Source: a virus
Taxonomy: Duplodnaviria > Caudoviricetes
Virus record (IMG/VR): IMGVR_UViG_3300018080_000230
Coordinates: 1 to 52,981 of that record
Strand: one strand, 5' to 3'
DNA: 52,981 nucleotides
Part shown: piece by piece, positions 8,808-19,556 of the stretch
How the letters are laid out: every line of letters starts with the position of its first letter
Position numbering within the stretch: the stretch's first letter is position 1
The notes under the pieces: model-generated
Told to the model about the DNA's origin: nothing
The model's database searches: none
The model's input: only the letters and a program-made list of their open reading frames with translations
Translations under genes and position numbers: made by a program

Positions 8808-10121
8808 TTATAATCCACCAAATTCCACAAGAGAGATATCACTTGCGATCATTGTTAATTTCGGTAATTCATTTTCTGACAAAACAATGTTTGCCGGTGC
8901 GTTCCCATTGATACTGCTTATCCGATAATCATAAACACCACGCAAACCTCCAATAACCTCTTGGAGATCGGTTAGAAGAAGATCAGCCCCGTAATTCCAT
9001 TTGGCATAGCTGTAATAGCTGACCAGGTTTTGCAAAATTCTGGATTTCAAAGATGAATTATAATAACTGCCAGAAAATTCCTCTGTTTTTTCGATCTGAA
9101 CAACGGGCCTGTAATCAATAAAGGTCTGAGCAAATACCCGGATGTCAGTACCAAGCGGAGCTTTTTCTGCAAGATAATCCTCTATGCGTTCAATCAACCA
9201 GGCTGGTGGTATTCCACCAGACTCATCAGAAACAATATAAACATCGACCGAACCCGTACCCCGAACCCTTCCTACCGCCCTGGCCCGGAGAACTCTGTCA
9301 TGCCTGGTAAACTGATTACATGGCGTATATGTCCCATCAAAACAATTTGTTTGCCAGTTAGCATTATTCACCTTGCAATCAAGAACCCCGCCGTCGTTTT
9401 CAAAATTGGCACAAATAATTCTGTCCGATTCAAAAGCCCAGGATTCATGTGCATCCCGAATACCATGCGCTCTTGAAGAAAGCTGCCTCAATGCCCGGCT
9501 TCTGAGCCGTTCATCGGATTCTACAGAAAACCCGCCAACCGCCGGTGACATATTAATAAAACCGTCTATCCCCGCTATCGGATTTATTACCTGGTCGATC
9601 TCCTGTTTTCCATTATCCCCGCCCTCACCGGTTTCCAATGCCCGGATAGGTACGCCGTCAAGAATACGCTTGCCATAAGTAGGAGAATCGGTATCTGTGT
9701 CCAATGGTTGAGGACCGCCCACATTGGCCGATCCTTTAAAAAGTGCAGAAGCAATTGTTTCATAATTCACACCGTTCTTTGCCTGAACTTGATAGCCTAC
9801 CGGAATATTTACATCCGTAGTTAAATAGCTCGCTGCCTCAACCCAAAATCTTAATTGAGTAGTAGATTTTTGCTCGGTCAATCTTTCCGTAGTATAATCC
9901 CCTGCTTTATTATCAAGGTCTGCACCGGTAGCTGTTTGGAGAGAAGAAGCTTTTTCAAGTAGTTTAATCTGAAAATTAACCGTTTCGATTTCCGATCCCG
10001 CACCTTCGAGAATTTGTCTTTGTGGAGTCCCGATACTCCAATCTTTTACGTTTGAGCCGATCCCGATGACCCATTTAATCATGTCACGGACAATCTGCTC
10101 AACGGTCTTATATACGATCAT
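8808..10121 (-). CDS. baseplate J-like wedge protein
   Basis: TATGADLD, GG-x-x-ESDERLRSR, GTGSVDVYI and LRGVYD motifs. Confidence 0.92.
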   Translation of the reverse strand: MIVYKTVEQIVRDMIKWVIGIGSNVKDWSIGTPQRQILEGAGSEIETVNFQIKLLEKASSLQTATGADLDNKAGDYTTERLTEQKSTTQLRFWVEAASYLTTDVNIPVGYQVQAKNGVNYETIASALFKGSANVGGPQPLDTDTDSPTYGKRILDGVPIRALETGEGGDNGKQEIDQVINPIAGIDGFINMSPAVGGFSVESDERLRSRALRQLSSRAHGIRDAHESWAFESDRIICANFENDGGVLDCKVNNANWQTNCFDGTYTPCNQFTRHDRVLRARAVGRVRGTGSVDVYIVSDESGGIPPAWLIERIEDYLAEKAPLGTDIRVFAQTFIDYRPVVQIEKTEEFSGSYYNSSLKSRILQNLVSYYSYAKWNYGADLLLTDLQEVIGGLRGVYDYRISSINGNAPANIVLSENELPKLTMIASDISLVEFGGL

Positions 10122-11797
10122 TATACTACCAACTCCTGTTTGATGGTTAAATAATCTTCTTTAAATATAGGCAATATCTCTGCCTGTACCAGAAACGAAT
10201 CGTCCGTTTTTGTCACCTGAACATTTTTTACATTCGCCACCCTGGGCTCGGCTAAAAGTGTTTTTTCAACTTCTACAGCTATAAGTTGCTGATTTTCATT
10301 TTTACCTGTGTGACCTATTAAATTAAGCGCATAGTTTCCGTATTGAGAATACCTCACCAGCGTTCTTAATGCGGTAAGCATTCTAATCTGCAATACCTGG
10401 ATTAGATTATCCAGACCCGACACCGTTTCGTACCGGCCAGTATCATTATTAAAAACCACATCTCCATCTCGAAACAAAAGGCCAGTGCCAAACACCCTAT
10501 CTTTTTCCCATATATCATAAACGTCAAGTTGATTAGCCAGGGTATCTACAGTAATGCTTTGAGTCGGCTTTGTCAATACCTTTAGTAAAGTGCCCGGCGG
10601 GATATTTTGCGGATCGTCTCCTATAACATCCTTATTGGTTTCATAGATAAGTTTCCACATCGAAGGATCGTTATAAATCTGGCTGGAAAGACGCTCCAAT
10701 GAAACACCATCTTCAAGCTCAATTTCTTGCTCTACAGAATACCCCGTACTTACCAAAATAACCTGCTGCTGCAATGGAGTTAATTCCATCTCACCATTTT
10801 CCAACGCAGTGCCTTTGTATGCTGCTTCTATTTCTTCAATATCTCTATCTGTTAAAGCTATTGACGGCGGGTCTTTTTTGTGGGTTATTGATTCATTATT
10901 CTTAATGAGATTTGTTGCGGACTCCATTCTTTTCAATGCGTTTGACGTAGCTGCAAGATACTCAGTCGGCATATTAATAAGGGCTCTCTTAGCCTCAATA
11001 ATTCCATCAAGAATACTCTGAAAACTTTCTGAAAGAGCAAGAAGCGGATTTATAGTAGTAAGATTATCGACCGTCCTGGCCACGTCCGTAATAATATCTC
11101 CTATGCTCGTAATCGGTTGTAAGCTTTTTTTCCAGACACGATCCGCAACAAACATCAACTCATTTCCTATTTCTAATACACCACGGACAGTATCAAGATA
11201 TTTCTGGACACTGTTTACCATATTGAGCCAATTATCCATTGCATCAAACCCACCACCAAGAACACCAAGGATGTCATATACGCTGCTGTTATAATCTGCC
11301 AAAAGACTCATTTCAATAGTATAAACATACTGGTGATTGCGCTGAACATTCATGGCGATCCTGAAATTGTCAATATTAATGTACCAGGCTTTTCCAACTT
11401 TCAGGTTATAAAAAACAGTCTCAAATCTCTTGCCGTCCCTTTTGAGCTTTTTGGAATTTTCATAAATCTTATAAAGAGCCATCACCTGTTCATAGCCATT
11501 AAGAAACCTAAGCCCCAGGTCTACAAACCTTGGCTTAAATCCCATATTGCCAGTAATTGATGCTTTCTGGATTCCGAACCCGAAAGTATTAAGATGAATA
11601 CCACCCAGGGTTTGAACAATGGCATCTGCACTCGGAGTATCCCATGTCCAGGACTCAGGTTTTGTTGCGAAAATAAATCGCTTATAATTTGAGGGCAGAA
11701 CAAGATCACCGCTTTTGTCGGTCGCACCTTTCGGCATATCTGCCAGATCAAGAGGGTTATAGTCTCTTATCTCGATGGCATAAAGGTCTAATAACAT
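10121..11797 (-). CDS. fused tail-tube initiator + LysM-like + gp25/GPW-like baseplate protein
   Basis: N-terminal PES...VQTLGG...FG-GIQKASITG; LERLSSQIYNDPSMWKLIYETN...IPPGTLLKV LysM-like segment; C-terminal VSGLDNLIQ...QYG...LLAEPRV gp25-like segment. Confidence 0.75.
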   Translation of the reverse strand: MLLDLYAIEIRDYNPLDLADMPKGATDKSGDLVLPSNYKRFIFATKPESWTWDTPSADAIVQTLGGIHLNTFGFGIQKASITGNMGFKPRFVDLGLRFLNGYEQVMALYKIYENSKKLKRDGKRFETVFYNLKVGKAWYINIDNFRIAMNVQRNHQYVYTIEMSLLADYNSSVYDILGVLGGGFDAMDNWLNMVNSVQKYLDTVRGVLEIGNELMFVADRVWKKSLQPITSIGDIITDVARTVDNLTTINPLLALSESFQSILDGIIEAKRALINMPTEYLAATSNALKRMESATNLIKNNESITHKKDPPSIALTDRDIEEIEAAYKGTALENGEMELTPLQQQVILVSTGYSVEQEIELEDGVSLERLSSQIYNDPSMWKLIYETNKDVIGDDPQNIPPGTLLKVLTKPTQSITVDTLANQLDVYDIWEKDRVFGTGLLFRDGDVVFNNDTGRYETVSGLDNLIQVLQIRMLTALRTLVRYSQYGNYALNLIGHTGKNENQQLIAVEVEKTLLAEPRVANVKNVQVTKTDDSFLVQAEILPIFKEDYLTIKQELVV

Positions 11798-11804
11798 AAT
11801 TGCC

Positions 11805-12215
11805 TCACTCTATTGTACCGGAATTGTTTTGCGTAGCCGTGGTATCTTTGTCCGTCCTTACCGATCCCACAACCGGATTCACACCCGCAGCCAGCGCACC
11901 ACCTTTATCACCTATCCCGGTCACATAGGTTTCAATCGTTCTTCCGGTCGCAGCAACATCAAGGTTTGTTGTAACACCTTTAATCTCAGCATTACTCTTA
12001 AAATGCTGGATAATCGCATCAGCAATATCAAAAGCTCTCTCCCTGCTTGAATCATCCAGGGCTTTTAAAACCCGCTCCTTGTATTCTTCTCCGCTTTCAT
12101 TTGCCGGATCAAAAGGAGCGACGGCCTCAATCCTTTCCTTGTGCGCTTGTTCGGCATCGTAAATTACTTTTGCCAGGCCAGCACTCGCCTCTTTATTTCC
12201 GGGATTCATTGCCAT
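11805..12215 (-). CDS. putative baseplate/spike-associated protein
   Basis: Follows the spike gene; IADAIIQHFKSNAEI motif. Confidence 0.55.
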   Translation of the reverse strand: MAMNPGNKEASAGLAKVIYDAEQAHKERIEAVAPFDPANESGEEYKERVLKALDDSSRERAFDIADAIIQHFKSNAEIKGVTTNLDVAATGRTIETYVTGIGDKGGALAAGVNPVVGSVRTDKDTTATQNNSGTIE

Positions 12216-12775
12216 TATACCACCGCCACCTCAAATTTATCAGTTTTATATGTGTCAGGTCTTAAAAACGTCGTTACGAAAGTAGGTAGATGAGTCGGGT
12301 TTACCGGTACTGGTGCTGCCAGGTTTCCAAGACCAAGGGTAGCCGATACCTGGTTGAACCAATCCACAAATTCGCCGGTCGTGAGATAATGGCCATTAAT
12401 CTTGACTCCCTCGCTGGTCATGGAGATCGTATTCCCATGCTTGTCTTCAACCTCGAAATCCCCGTTTGCTTTCATGGTCTGCCTTGTTCCGCTCGGATGC
12501 TCAATTACATAGTCCTGATCTTCCTTGATATTTTCAGGTTTCTGGATCACACCGAAAATAACGGGGCTTGTATAATTATCAAGAAATGTCACGGCCACAA
12601 TGTCATCAACCTTCGGTTTAAGAGCGCAAAAAAGATAGCACTTTTCAATAATATCGTATCCGTTCCACGGCCTGACATCAAACAAATAATTATCGTATAC
12701 TTTAACAATCGTCCCGGATACCATGAGCGGATAATTATTGTACTGCTTGATGTTCTGTATTGATGACTGTAGCAT
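12215..12775 (-). CDS. baseplate central spike (gpV/gp45-like)
   Basis: OB-fold pattern (PKVDDIVAVTFLD...PVIFG) followed by HPSGT beta repeats. Confidence 0.75.
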   Translation of the reverse strand: MLQSSIQNIKQYNNYPLMVSGTIVKVYDNYLFDVRPWNGYDIIEKCYLFCALKPKVDDIVAVTFLDNYTSPVIFGVIQKPENIKEDQDYVIEHPSGTRQTMKANGDFEVEDKHGNTISMTSEGVKINGHYLTTGEFVDWFNQVSATLGLGNLAAPVPVNPTHLPTFVTTFLRPDTYKTDKFEVAVV

Positions 12776-14259
12776 TATGCAAGTCTCCCGATGAGCCCCA
12801 TGTTCTCCGGTAACTCTTTCGGTTCTCCCCTGAAAACAATTCCTGGAAAACGTGTCAGGTAATTATGCAGTGACATTCCCCTTGTGACCGCCAAAGTTGT
12901 AACCCACTGCTGGCCGAAAGACCACCTTTGATCCACGCCCTCTATGTAATAAACAAAATAGTCGTCATCTTTAAGGTTTCTCCAAAGATATTCACCGATC
13001 CTGATGCGGTCGTTTCCATTTATCAAAATGCTGCCATTATGAAACTCGTCATTATAGTAGTACCAATCTATGATTTCTTTCCTTTTTTTCGTGGCCGTAT
13101 CAATACCGCCGGTCGTACTGTAATCGTTTATGAACTTATCTTTTTCGACCATTATGTTCCGGCTCGTTACCTCAAGCAGCTTTAATCCATATCTATCAAG
13201 CAGCTTGCCGATCACCTTGGTAGGAAAATATGCATGAAGATCGTCTTTTGCATTCATTCCGGGAAATGCGGGGGATACACGAAATCCAGTAAAAGCCTCA
13301 CTATCCGATTTTCCCGTATCTTCCATTATAATATCACTGGATGAAATCATGTGATGGTTATACTTACTATTGTATAATGTACCCTGGGTTATTTTTGAAA
13401 ACGGAACAGGCCGGACGATCAAGAACGATTCTGCCGGATTTCTGAAATCGGAATCAATAAACATTTCATAAAATGGTTTCTCTGCAACCCTTTCCAGGAT
13501 ACTGGTAAGCGTTCCCTGCAATGTCGCAATATCTACCCCCTGGATAGTTTCGCCCGGATACTCGTCAATCTTTTCCGTGTAGTTTATCATATCGCCCATG
13601 AGCCAGTATATACGGCCATTGTCCCTGTTCCATCTAATACCATCGTATAGACCCTGGTATGTGTCCATGATGGCCTCGACCGCTTTCTTGACATTTACCT
13701 TACCCGCTATTCTGGCCTGTAAGTCCGACCGTGAGGCAAGACCCGGAAGGGCAAACGCAGCCCTTATTGATTCTTCTTTTGTGATCGTTTTATTGGTATT
13801 AGCCCAATCAACTTTGATGTTGGATATAAGGGACGCATGATTTTTCTCAAGGATTTTTCCAGCATCGTTTCCGGTAATACTTATCGTGTGCATGACTTTT
13901 CCCCTGGTCTCAATTTTCCTTACTCTCCGCACACGGTTTATAAGACCATGCATGGTGTAATTTCTCATACCACGCCGATCATTTGTAAAAGATATTTCCA
14001 CCAGGTCATTGGACTTGAATGTTTTCAGCCATTCATTTTGATAAATGTCACTTGATGTAAAATTCATTCTATCGCCGGTAAAAATATCATTTTTTTCAAG
14101 AGGAGTAGGGGCAATGCTTAGATCAAAGCTGCCTGGAATAGTACCAATCTTTTTACTCGTACCGACCGATACAACACTGCCGGTAATATCATACATTCTC
14201 TCGTTTGTATGCAGTGTTATCTTCGGAGTTACAACGTCAAATTGATATTTATTTTCCAT
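12775..14259 (-). CDS. baseplate hub protein (gp27/gpD-like)
   Basis: Follows the tape measure gene; KPFYEMFID, IRIGEYL and YYIEGVDQRWSFG..WVTTLAVTRG motifs. Confidence 0.8.
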   Translation of the reverse strand: MENKYQFDVVTPKITLHTNERMYDITGSVVSVGTSKKIGTIPGSFDLSIAPTPLEKNDIFTGDRMNFTSSDIYQNEWLKTFKSNDLVEISFTNDRRGMRNYTMHGLINRVRRVRKIETRGKVMHTISITGNDAGKILEKNHASLISNIKVDWANTNKTITKEESIRAAFALPGLASRSDLQARIAGKVNVKKAVEAIMDTYQGLYDGIRWNRDNGRIYWLMGDMINYTEKIDEYPGETIQGVDIATLQGTLTSILERVAEKPFYEMFIDSDFRNPAESFLIVRPVPFSKITQGTLYNSKYNHHMISSSDIIMEDTGKSDSEAFTGFRVSPAFPGMNAKDDLHAYFPTKVIGKLLDRYGLKLLEVTSRNIMVEKDKFINDYSTTGGIDTATKKRKEIIDWYYYNDEFHNGSILINGNDRIRIGEYLWRNLKDDDYFVYYIEGVDQRWSFGQQWVTTLAVTRGMSLHNYLTRFPGIVFRGEPKELPENMGLIGRLA

Positions 14260-16452
14260 TTATTTCCTTGACTGTTCGATCTGCTGGATAGTGGATGTCC
14301 CGCCTTTAAAATACGGCTGCTGCGCTATCCATTCCTGTTCTTCCGGCGTAATGACTGCACCACCGGCACTTTCTTCTTTTGTTACTCGCTCGAATATTTT
14401 CATTGCATCGGCTAATGAACTTTCCGTGGCCTGGATCACAAAAGTATTTCCGCTATTGCGATAAAATACCTGGTGCTTTCCCTCAATACCCGCAGACCTT
14501 TCTCTTATCGTTCTCCATATATCAGTAGGCACTCCCTCAGTCCCGGCCATCCTGGGATCGTATACCAAACCTCGCTCCCCGACCGGTAAAAGCGTTCTGC
14601 GTTTGAGCATTGATTCTATTTCCTCACCGGCTGCAAGTCTTTTTCTCAATACGCTCGGAGCTTGACCCATTCTTAACCAGCTCATTGTTTCTTCCCACCA
14701 TGACGCACCTTCCCCTGGGGCTTCTGCCCTCCCTGTCCGCTCCGCATAACCGATTTCTTTTCTCAACCTGTTCATCTCTTTTTGAAAAAGGGTCTCCCCT
14801 TTAAACTCCCTGGCCTGCCTCGCTGATGGCATTCCTTCTTCCTCACCCAACCACTTATTAATGGTTTTATTAAGCTGAATAACGGCCTGTTCAAGTTTAC
14901 CCATGCCCTTGACGGCCAGCCCCAAGGCCGGTTCTAATACCGTTAATGTTGTCTGTCCCAGAGATGTTGATAAATCCTTAAAACTTTTTACCGCATTATC
15001 CAGGGCAGTGACTTTTCTCTCCTCAAGCTTGGCCTGTTCCTTTTCTTTTTCCGTAGGTGCTGCCATAAGCTTTTGTAACTGCTCATCGGACATGATTTCG
15101 CCGGTCAGGTATTTGTCAACCAAGGTGCTGGCCTGGGTCATAGAAAGACCCATGCCGGAAACAAGCTGCACCATTTGTTCCCGGCTTCCTGTCTCTGTTC
15201 TCGCCCTTTCAAGCATTCTCCTGATATTTTCCGGGTCACTCACGCCCTTTTCAATCTGCATGATTGCCCGTTGATAATCAGCCAGGTTTCCACCCTCAAA
15301 TCCAAGGGAACGTAGCATAAACGCCCTTCTGGTCGAATCCTGGGATGTCATTGCTCCGTGTAGCTGCATTCCGATCCTGGCTGCACGTTCAGGAGACATC
15401 CCCTGGCCGTAAGCTTGCTGTATAGATGCAAGGGCGGTCATCGTACCTGGTGCGCTCGGAGTAACCAGTGTGCGTCCTAAAACATCGGTCGCCATTGCCG
15501 TACCGGACAAAAGACCAAAAATGTCAAATTCACGGCCACCTATCCGGGCTGCACGTCCGGCCTGTAATAGCATGTTGCTAAGTAAATCCTCGGATTCCAT
15601 ACCGGCCATTCTGAACATAGGGGCATATCTGAGCAATTCCCCTTGCTGGAATCCCCGCCTCCATTCAAGGCCGGGTAAAAACTCCATACCGCCACGTCCA
15701 AAGGCTCTGAGACCCTGTTCTGCGTACCTTGCAGCCTCAATCCTGGCCATTGCCGTACCAGCACCCCACCGGCCAATATTATCGCCAATCCGGTCGCTCT
15801 GAACATTAATCCTGGCCATGATGTTGTTAAGCTCGTTAGCCCATCTTGCCCCCTGGATCAACGTTCCTACAATACCACCCGCACCTATCAGGGCTGCGCC
15901 GATCCCTACCGTCCTCATGACCCCGCCTATGGTGGCCATGCCAGCCCCCGCAATCGCTCCCCTTCTGGCCTGGCGTTCATCCTCGGCCTGTCTGCGCTGC
16001 TCTGCCTCGGCTGCTGCTGCCTCCTGGACTTCCCGCCGTCTTTGCTGCATAGTTGTAAGGCGTTCTCGCTCCTCACGGACTCCGACCCGCATTTCCCGGC
16101 CACGCTGGATCACCATGCGGTTTATTTCGGCTTCGGTCGGAGGGGCAAGACCGGCTTCCCGGTGCTGCCGGAAAATATCTGCTGCCATCTGACCCCTGGT
16201 TTCGGGATCAACACCGGCTTTATATGCCTGGGCTGCTTGCTGGCGAATAAACTCTTTTTGTTTTTCGATGGCTTTGTCCATCAAGGATACCTGGCGTTCC
16301 AGATTATCAACAACCTGTTTAGATGCCTTGGTATCTACACTGCTGAGTTTTTCTGCGGATTGAGTTATACGATTGATTTCTTCACGCAAGCGTTCTGCTG
16401 GCATGGTATCAATGTCTAACCCAACTCCTATCTCAACTTTTTTTGCAGCCAT
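14260..16452 (-). CDS. tape measure protein
   Basis: 730 aa, helical and Ala/Gly-rich with a hydrophobic segment; directly after the tube and chaperone genes. Confidence 0.85.
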   Translation of the reverse strand: MAAKKVEIGVGLDIDTMPAERLREEINRITQSAEKLSSVDTKASKQVVDNLERQVSLMDKAIEKQKEFIRQQAAQAYKAGVDPETRGQMAADIFRQHREAGLAPPTEAEINRMVIQRGREMRVGVREERERLTTMQQRRREVQEAAAAEAEQRRQAEDERQARRGAIAGAGMATIGGVMRTVGIGAALIGAGGIVGTLIQGARWANELNNIMARINVQSDRIGDNIGRWGAGTAMARIEAARYAEQGLRAFGRGGMEFLPGLEWRRGFQQGELLRYAPMFRMAGMESEDLLSNMLLQAGRAARIGGREFDIFGLLSGTAMATDVLGRTLVTPSAPGTMTALASIQQAYGQGMSPERAARIGMQLHGAMTSQDSTRRAFMLRSLGFEGGNLADYQRAIMQIEKGVSDPENIRRMLERARTETGSREQMVQLVSGMGLSMTQASTLVDKYLTGEIMSDEQLQKLMAAPTEKEKEQAKLEERKVTALDNAVKSFKDLSTSLGQTTLTVLEPALGLAVKGMGKLEQAVIQLNKTINKWLGEEEGMPSARQAREFKGETLFQKEMNRLRKEIGYAERTGRAEAPGEGASWWEETMSWLRMGQAPSVLRKRLAAGEEIESMLKRRTLLPVGERGLVYDPRMAGTEGVPTDIWRTIRERSAGIEGKHQVFYRNSGNTFVIQATESSLADAMKIFERVTKEESAGGAVITPEEQEWIAQQPYFKGGTSTIQQIEQSRK

Positions 16453-16885
16453 CCTTTTTCCTCACTTCTTCTTCGGCCTGTTCGATTTCCTCAAGCGTGA
16501 CCTCTTTCGTATGGGCTGGCTCTGGATTTAAAGCCTCAATTTTTTCCGTGGTAAACTTTCCTTCCTCGTCCCGGAACTCCTCATTGTTTTCGGCCAGCTT
16601 GCGTTCCATTTCCTTGCACCAATCTTCTATAAAACCGGGCTCGGATTTTGCTTTTTCGATGAACTTCCTGTTTTCAAGCTCTGCCTCAAGATCAAAATCC
16701 GGGTCTTGTTCCCGGAGTCTTTTGATCTGCCAGGCAATATCGGCATAAAACTCTAACCGAATCTGATCTGGCGTAGCATTTGTGTACCTTGGATCGGTTA
16801 AAGGCAGATTGTATTTCTGCCTATACCAGTAGTGAATAGAATCTGCCTCAAGCTCTCCAAGGCGATCCCACTCACTCTTGTTCAT
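16433..16885 (-). CDS. tail assembly chaperone (second)
   Basis: WYRQKYNLPLTDPRY motif, which I recall from pre-tape-measure genes of large myoviruses. Confidence 0.7.
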   Translation of the reverse strand: MNKSEWDRLGELEADSIHYWYRQKYNLPLTDPRYTNATPDQIRLEFYADIAWQIKRLREQDPDFDLEAELENRKFIEKAKSEPGFIEDWCKEMERKLAENNEEFRDEEGKFTTEKIEALNPEPAHTKEVTLEEIEQAEEEVRKKDGCKKS

Positions 16886-17270
16886 CTCCTGTAGTCTCCT
16901 TCTTTTCAGGAGTTTCGCTTACCGGGGGATGGACAGCATCTTCATAAGCACCGTAAAATTCCCGCAAGAACTCAATACCGCCGTCCTTTCTCATCTCCAC
17001 CAGCCAATCAGGAATTGGCTTATCCGGGGGAACGAATATGGCTTTGTTTAACATGCAGACTCGCATATAAATCCACTGGTCGGGCTGCGTAAGATCAAGT
17101 GTGTTCAGATGGAGCATTGACTTGACCTCGGCCTCTATTTGAAGCGATTCCAGCCAATCAAGTTTTCTTCCCTGGTATTCAACACCACGGCATTTAAACG
17201 GTATCGGCGTGTCTTTGCCGATGCGAACCAGTTTTAGTTTTTCCTCAAGCGTCATGTTACTTACGTCCAT
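16872..17270 (-). CDS. tail assembly chaperone
   Basis: Position between tube and tape measure genes; 132 aa. Confidence 0.7.
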   Translation of the reverse strand: MDVSNMTLEEKLKLVRIGKDTPIPFKCRGVEYQGRKLDWLESLQIEAEVKSMLHLNTLDLTQPDQWIYMRVCMLNKAIFVPPDKPIPDWLVEMRKDGGIEFLREFYGAYEDAVHPPVSETPEKKETTGDEQE

Positions 17271-17311
17271 ATTCGTTCCCCTTTCAAAGATTCAATTCCT
17301 GATTTATTGTT

Positions 17312-17749
17312 TTACACCACCACTGCGTTTGCGGTCTTTCTCCGCTTGTAACGCCATGTGACGTTGCGCCCCACAATCGCATGAGGGGCTCTGGTTATCG
17401 ACCCGCCGGTATTATCGCAGCCGATCCATTTGGTCGCTGCTTTGTTGGGATCGCTTTTCTTAACCTCAACAATGGTAATATCGGCGAATTTCATGTCATC
17501 GTCGGTAAAACCATCGGGGGCGATCCCCAATTCTTCCAGTGTACCCAGGGTCAATTCCAGGGATGTCATGGTGAGTGTACCGGAGAACTTGGTCGCAATG
17601 GTTTCTTCCACAAAGTAGTTTCCAAGCTCCTCGATATCCTGGACACCACGATCATAGTTATCGGTAAGGCTTACGCCTTTCCCGATAACCCGATTGTTGA
17701 ACATGATAATAAATTCATTCATGCTCTTTACTGAAGGTTCTTTAGGCAT
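17312..17749 (-). CDS. tail tube protein
   Basis: 145 aa directly after the sheath; IEELGN...ETIATKFSGTLT pattern. Confidence 0.85.
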   Translation of the reverse strand: MPKEPSVKSMNEFIIMFNNRVIGKGVSLTDNYDRGVQDIEELGNYFVEETIATKFSGTLTMTSLELTLGTLEELGIAPDGFTDDDMKFADITIVEVKKSDPNKAATKWIGCDNTGGSITRAPHAIVGRNVTWRYKRRKTANAVVV

Positions 17750-17781
17750 TATATATCTCCTTTCTTATTGCCTGTTTTGTC

Positions 17782-19518
17782 TTAAAGGATAATTCCCTTG
17801 AAGACCACAAAGTTGACCGGATCACTGAAATTCAAACCCGCATCGGCATAAAAAGCGTCCGCAACTTTGTAGATACGGTAAATCTCATAAGCGGGTATTT
17901 TCTCGCCCGTATCCGGGTCTTCGCCTTCCACAAGCCAGCCCTTGTTTTCCTCGAAGTCCTTTAGGGTCGCTTCAAGGTATCCTTCAAGACCAGCACCGGC
18001 ATACCTGGCATTCTGGCCCACAAAGTCACGGCCCGTACCCCTGGCCACACTCATTGATATGGCATCGGCAATACGCCTGAGTGAAATTTCAGGAGTCTTG
18101 GGATTGACACCGGAAGTCCAGAGATTCGTATTGTCCTGTAAGGTCGTAACGCCTTTCTGGATTTCCTTGCCATCGGGAGTCTGCTGGACAACCAGCACAC
18201 CGGCTTCCTGTAATTCCTCACGCTCGGACTGTAGATAAACCGCACTGAGACCGATTGCCTGAATCTTTTTCTTGGTAAGGGGAACTGCGGGATCAAGGGA
18301 TGCAGCCACACCCATCACCTTTGCAGCCACGGCCCATCCACCGATAAGACCCAGGTTTTCATTCAGATCACGATCCTGGTTTGCCGGAGCGCACACCACC
18401 ATCCGATCCGTATCAAAGGTAGTCGCATAACCCTTGATTGTGGAAACACTGTCTGCTGTTCCACCACCTACAAAACCGATGGATTTATAACCGGCATTCG
18501 TAGCTTCGATAATATGTGCCGGAAGCTTGCCGAAAGAAGCTGAATCGCTGGAAGCGACATGGCGTAACTGTGCGTTTGTGGTCACACACTTGCTGAGAGC
18601 GGTTTCAACGTCCGTGGAATCAGCCTCGCCGTCCGCACCACCATACAGGAAAGTCTCGGCCACGTCTGCGGAGAAAGCAGCCGTACCCGTAACCTGGCTG
18701 GTAATATACTGCCGGATATTGCCCATACCATTAAGCCACTGGTTCACGGTCGCATTATCATCGGCCATTGCGTCCGATACCTCGGATTCCACGCTGGCCA
18801 CCCGGACAATTTCGTATACCGGGGAAGTGAGCGTACCCAGGGCCACCGTCACGGTCACGGTATTGGCATCCCAGGATGCTATGGGATAATACCCGTTTTT
18901 TGCACCGGTCGAATTGTCATCAATAATATGGAGAAGATCACCGGCTTTCGTGGTCGCATTAAAAGCAACCAGGCCCAGGGTATCGAATCCCTTACCGGAA
19001 TCTGTGAGAACGGTCGTGGCTGAACTATCAGCCGTATCCTGGGCCACAATTATCTCACCCAGGTTATAAAGCCTTAAAGTCGTAACCACGGTATCCGGTG
19101 TGCCGGATGTCCAATCATGTTCCACAGATATCCGGTTTCCGAAATCCGAATAATCGGCACTTTCGATCTTGATCTTGTTTGTGGTATCATCAAACTCGGC
19201 CTGTTTCGCCGGGACTGTACCCGCCGAACTCTGTGTACGCAGAAAAAAGACTCTCTGCGCTCCGTGTTTGAACGCCTCCAAAAGAGACGTAAGACCGTCA
19301 CCGCTTTTGAGAATTGATTTCGCCTCACTCGGATTCGTGAAATTGTAAATGGGGGGAAGATCATTCACATTCACATTGTAGGGGACACCGCCACCGGCCT
19401 CCCCGACAATAAGGCAATTACCCACCGCTACATCGGCTGCTCTGGCCGGGGGGGTTTTCTCGAAATAGGCTACCCCCTGCGGTATTATGTACTCTTTTCC
19501 CGCAACAACAATAGACAT
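17782..19518 (-). CDS. tail sheath protein
   Basis: IVGEAGGGVP, AAKVMG...PAVPLTKK, GVTT...EISLRRIAD sheath motifs. Confidence 0.95.
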   Translation of the reverse strand: MSIVVAGKEYIIPQGVAYFEKTPPARAADVAVGNCLIVGEAGGGVPYNVNVNDLPPIYNFTNPSEAKSILKSGDGLTSLLEAFKHGAQRVFFLRTQSSAGTVPAKQAEFDDTTNKIKIESADYSDFGNRISVEHDWTSGTPDTVVTTLRLYNLGEIIVAQDTADSSATTVLTDSGKGFDTLGLVAFNATTKAGDLLHIIDDNSTGAKNGYYPIASWDANTVTVTVALGTLTSPVYEIVRVASVESEVSDAMADDNATVNQWLNGMGNIRQYITSQVTGTAAFSADVAETFLYGGADGEADSTDVETALSKCVTTNAQLRHVASSDSASFGKLPAHIIEATNAGYKSIGFVGGGTADSVSTIKGYATTFDTDRMVVCAPANQDRDLNENLGLIGGWAVAAKVMGVAASLDPAVPLTKKKIQAIGLSAVYLQSEREELQEAGVLVVQQTPDGKEIQKGVTTLQDNTNLWTSGVNPKTPEISLRRIADAISMSVARGTGRDFVGQNARYAGAGLEGYLEATLKDFEENKGWLVEGEDPDTGEKIPAYEIYRIYKVADAFYADAGLNFSDPVNFVVFKGIIL

Positions 19519-19556
19519 GAAGAAGCTCCTTTTTTTTGGTTAAACAATTATTTCCA

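Noticed and set aside
16860-16940. Programmed frameshift joining the two tail chaperone ORFs
   Set aside because: No X XXY YYZ heptamer; the ORFs are in a +1 relation; a shift at CCC-CCG meets TAA at once; the second ORF has its own AAGGAG/AGGAG RBS.
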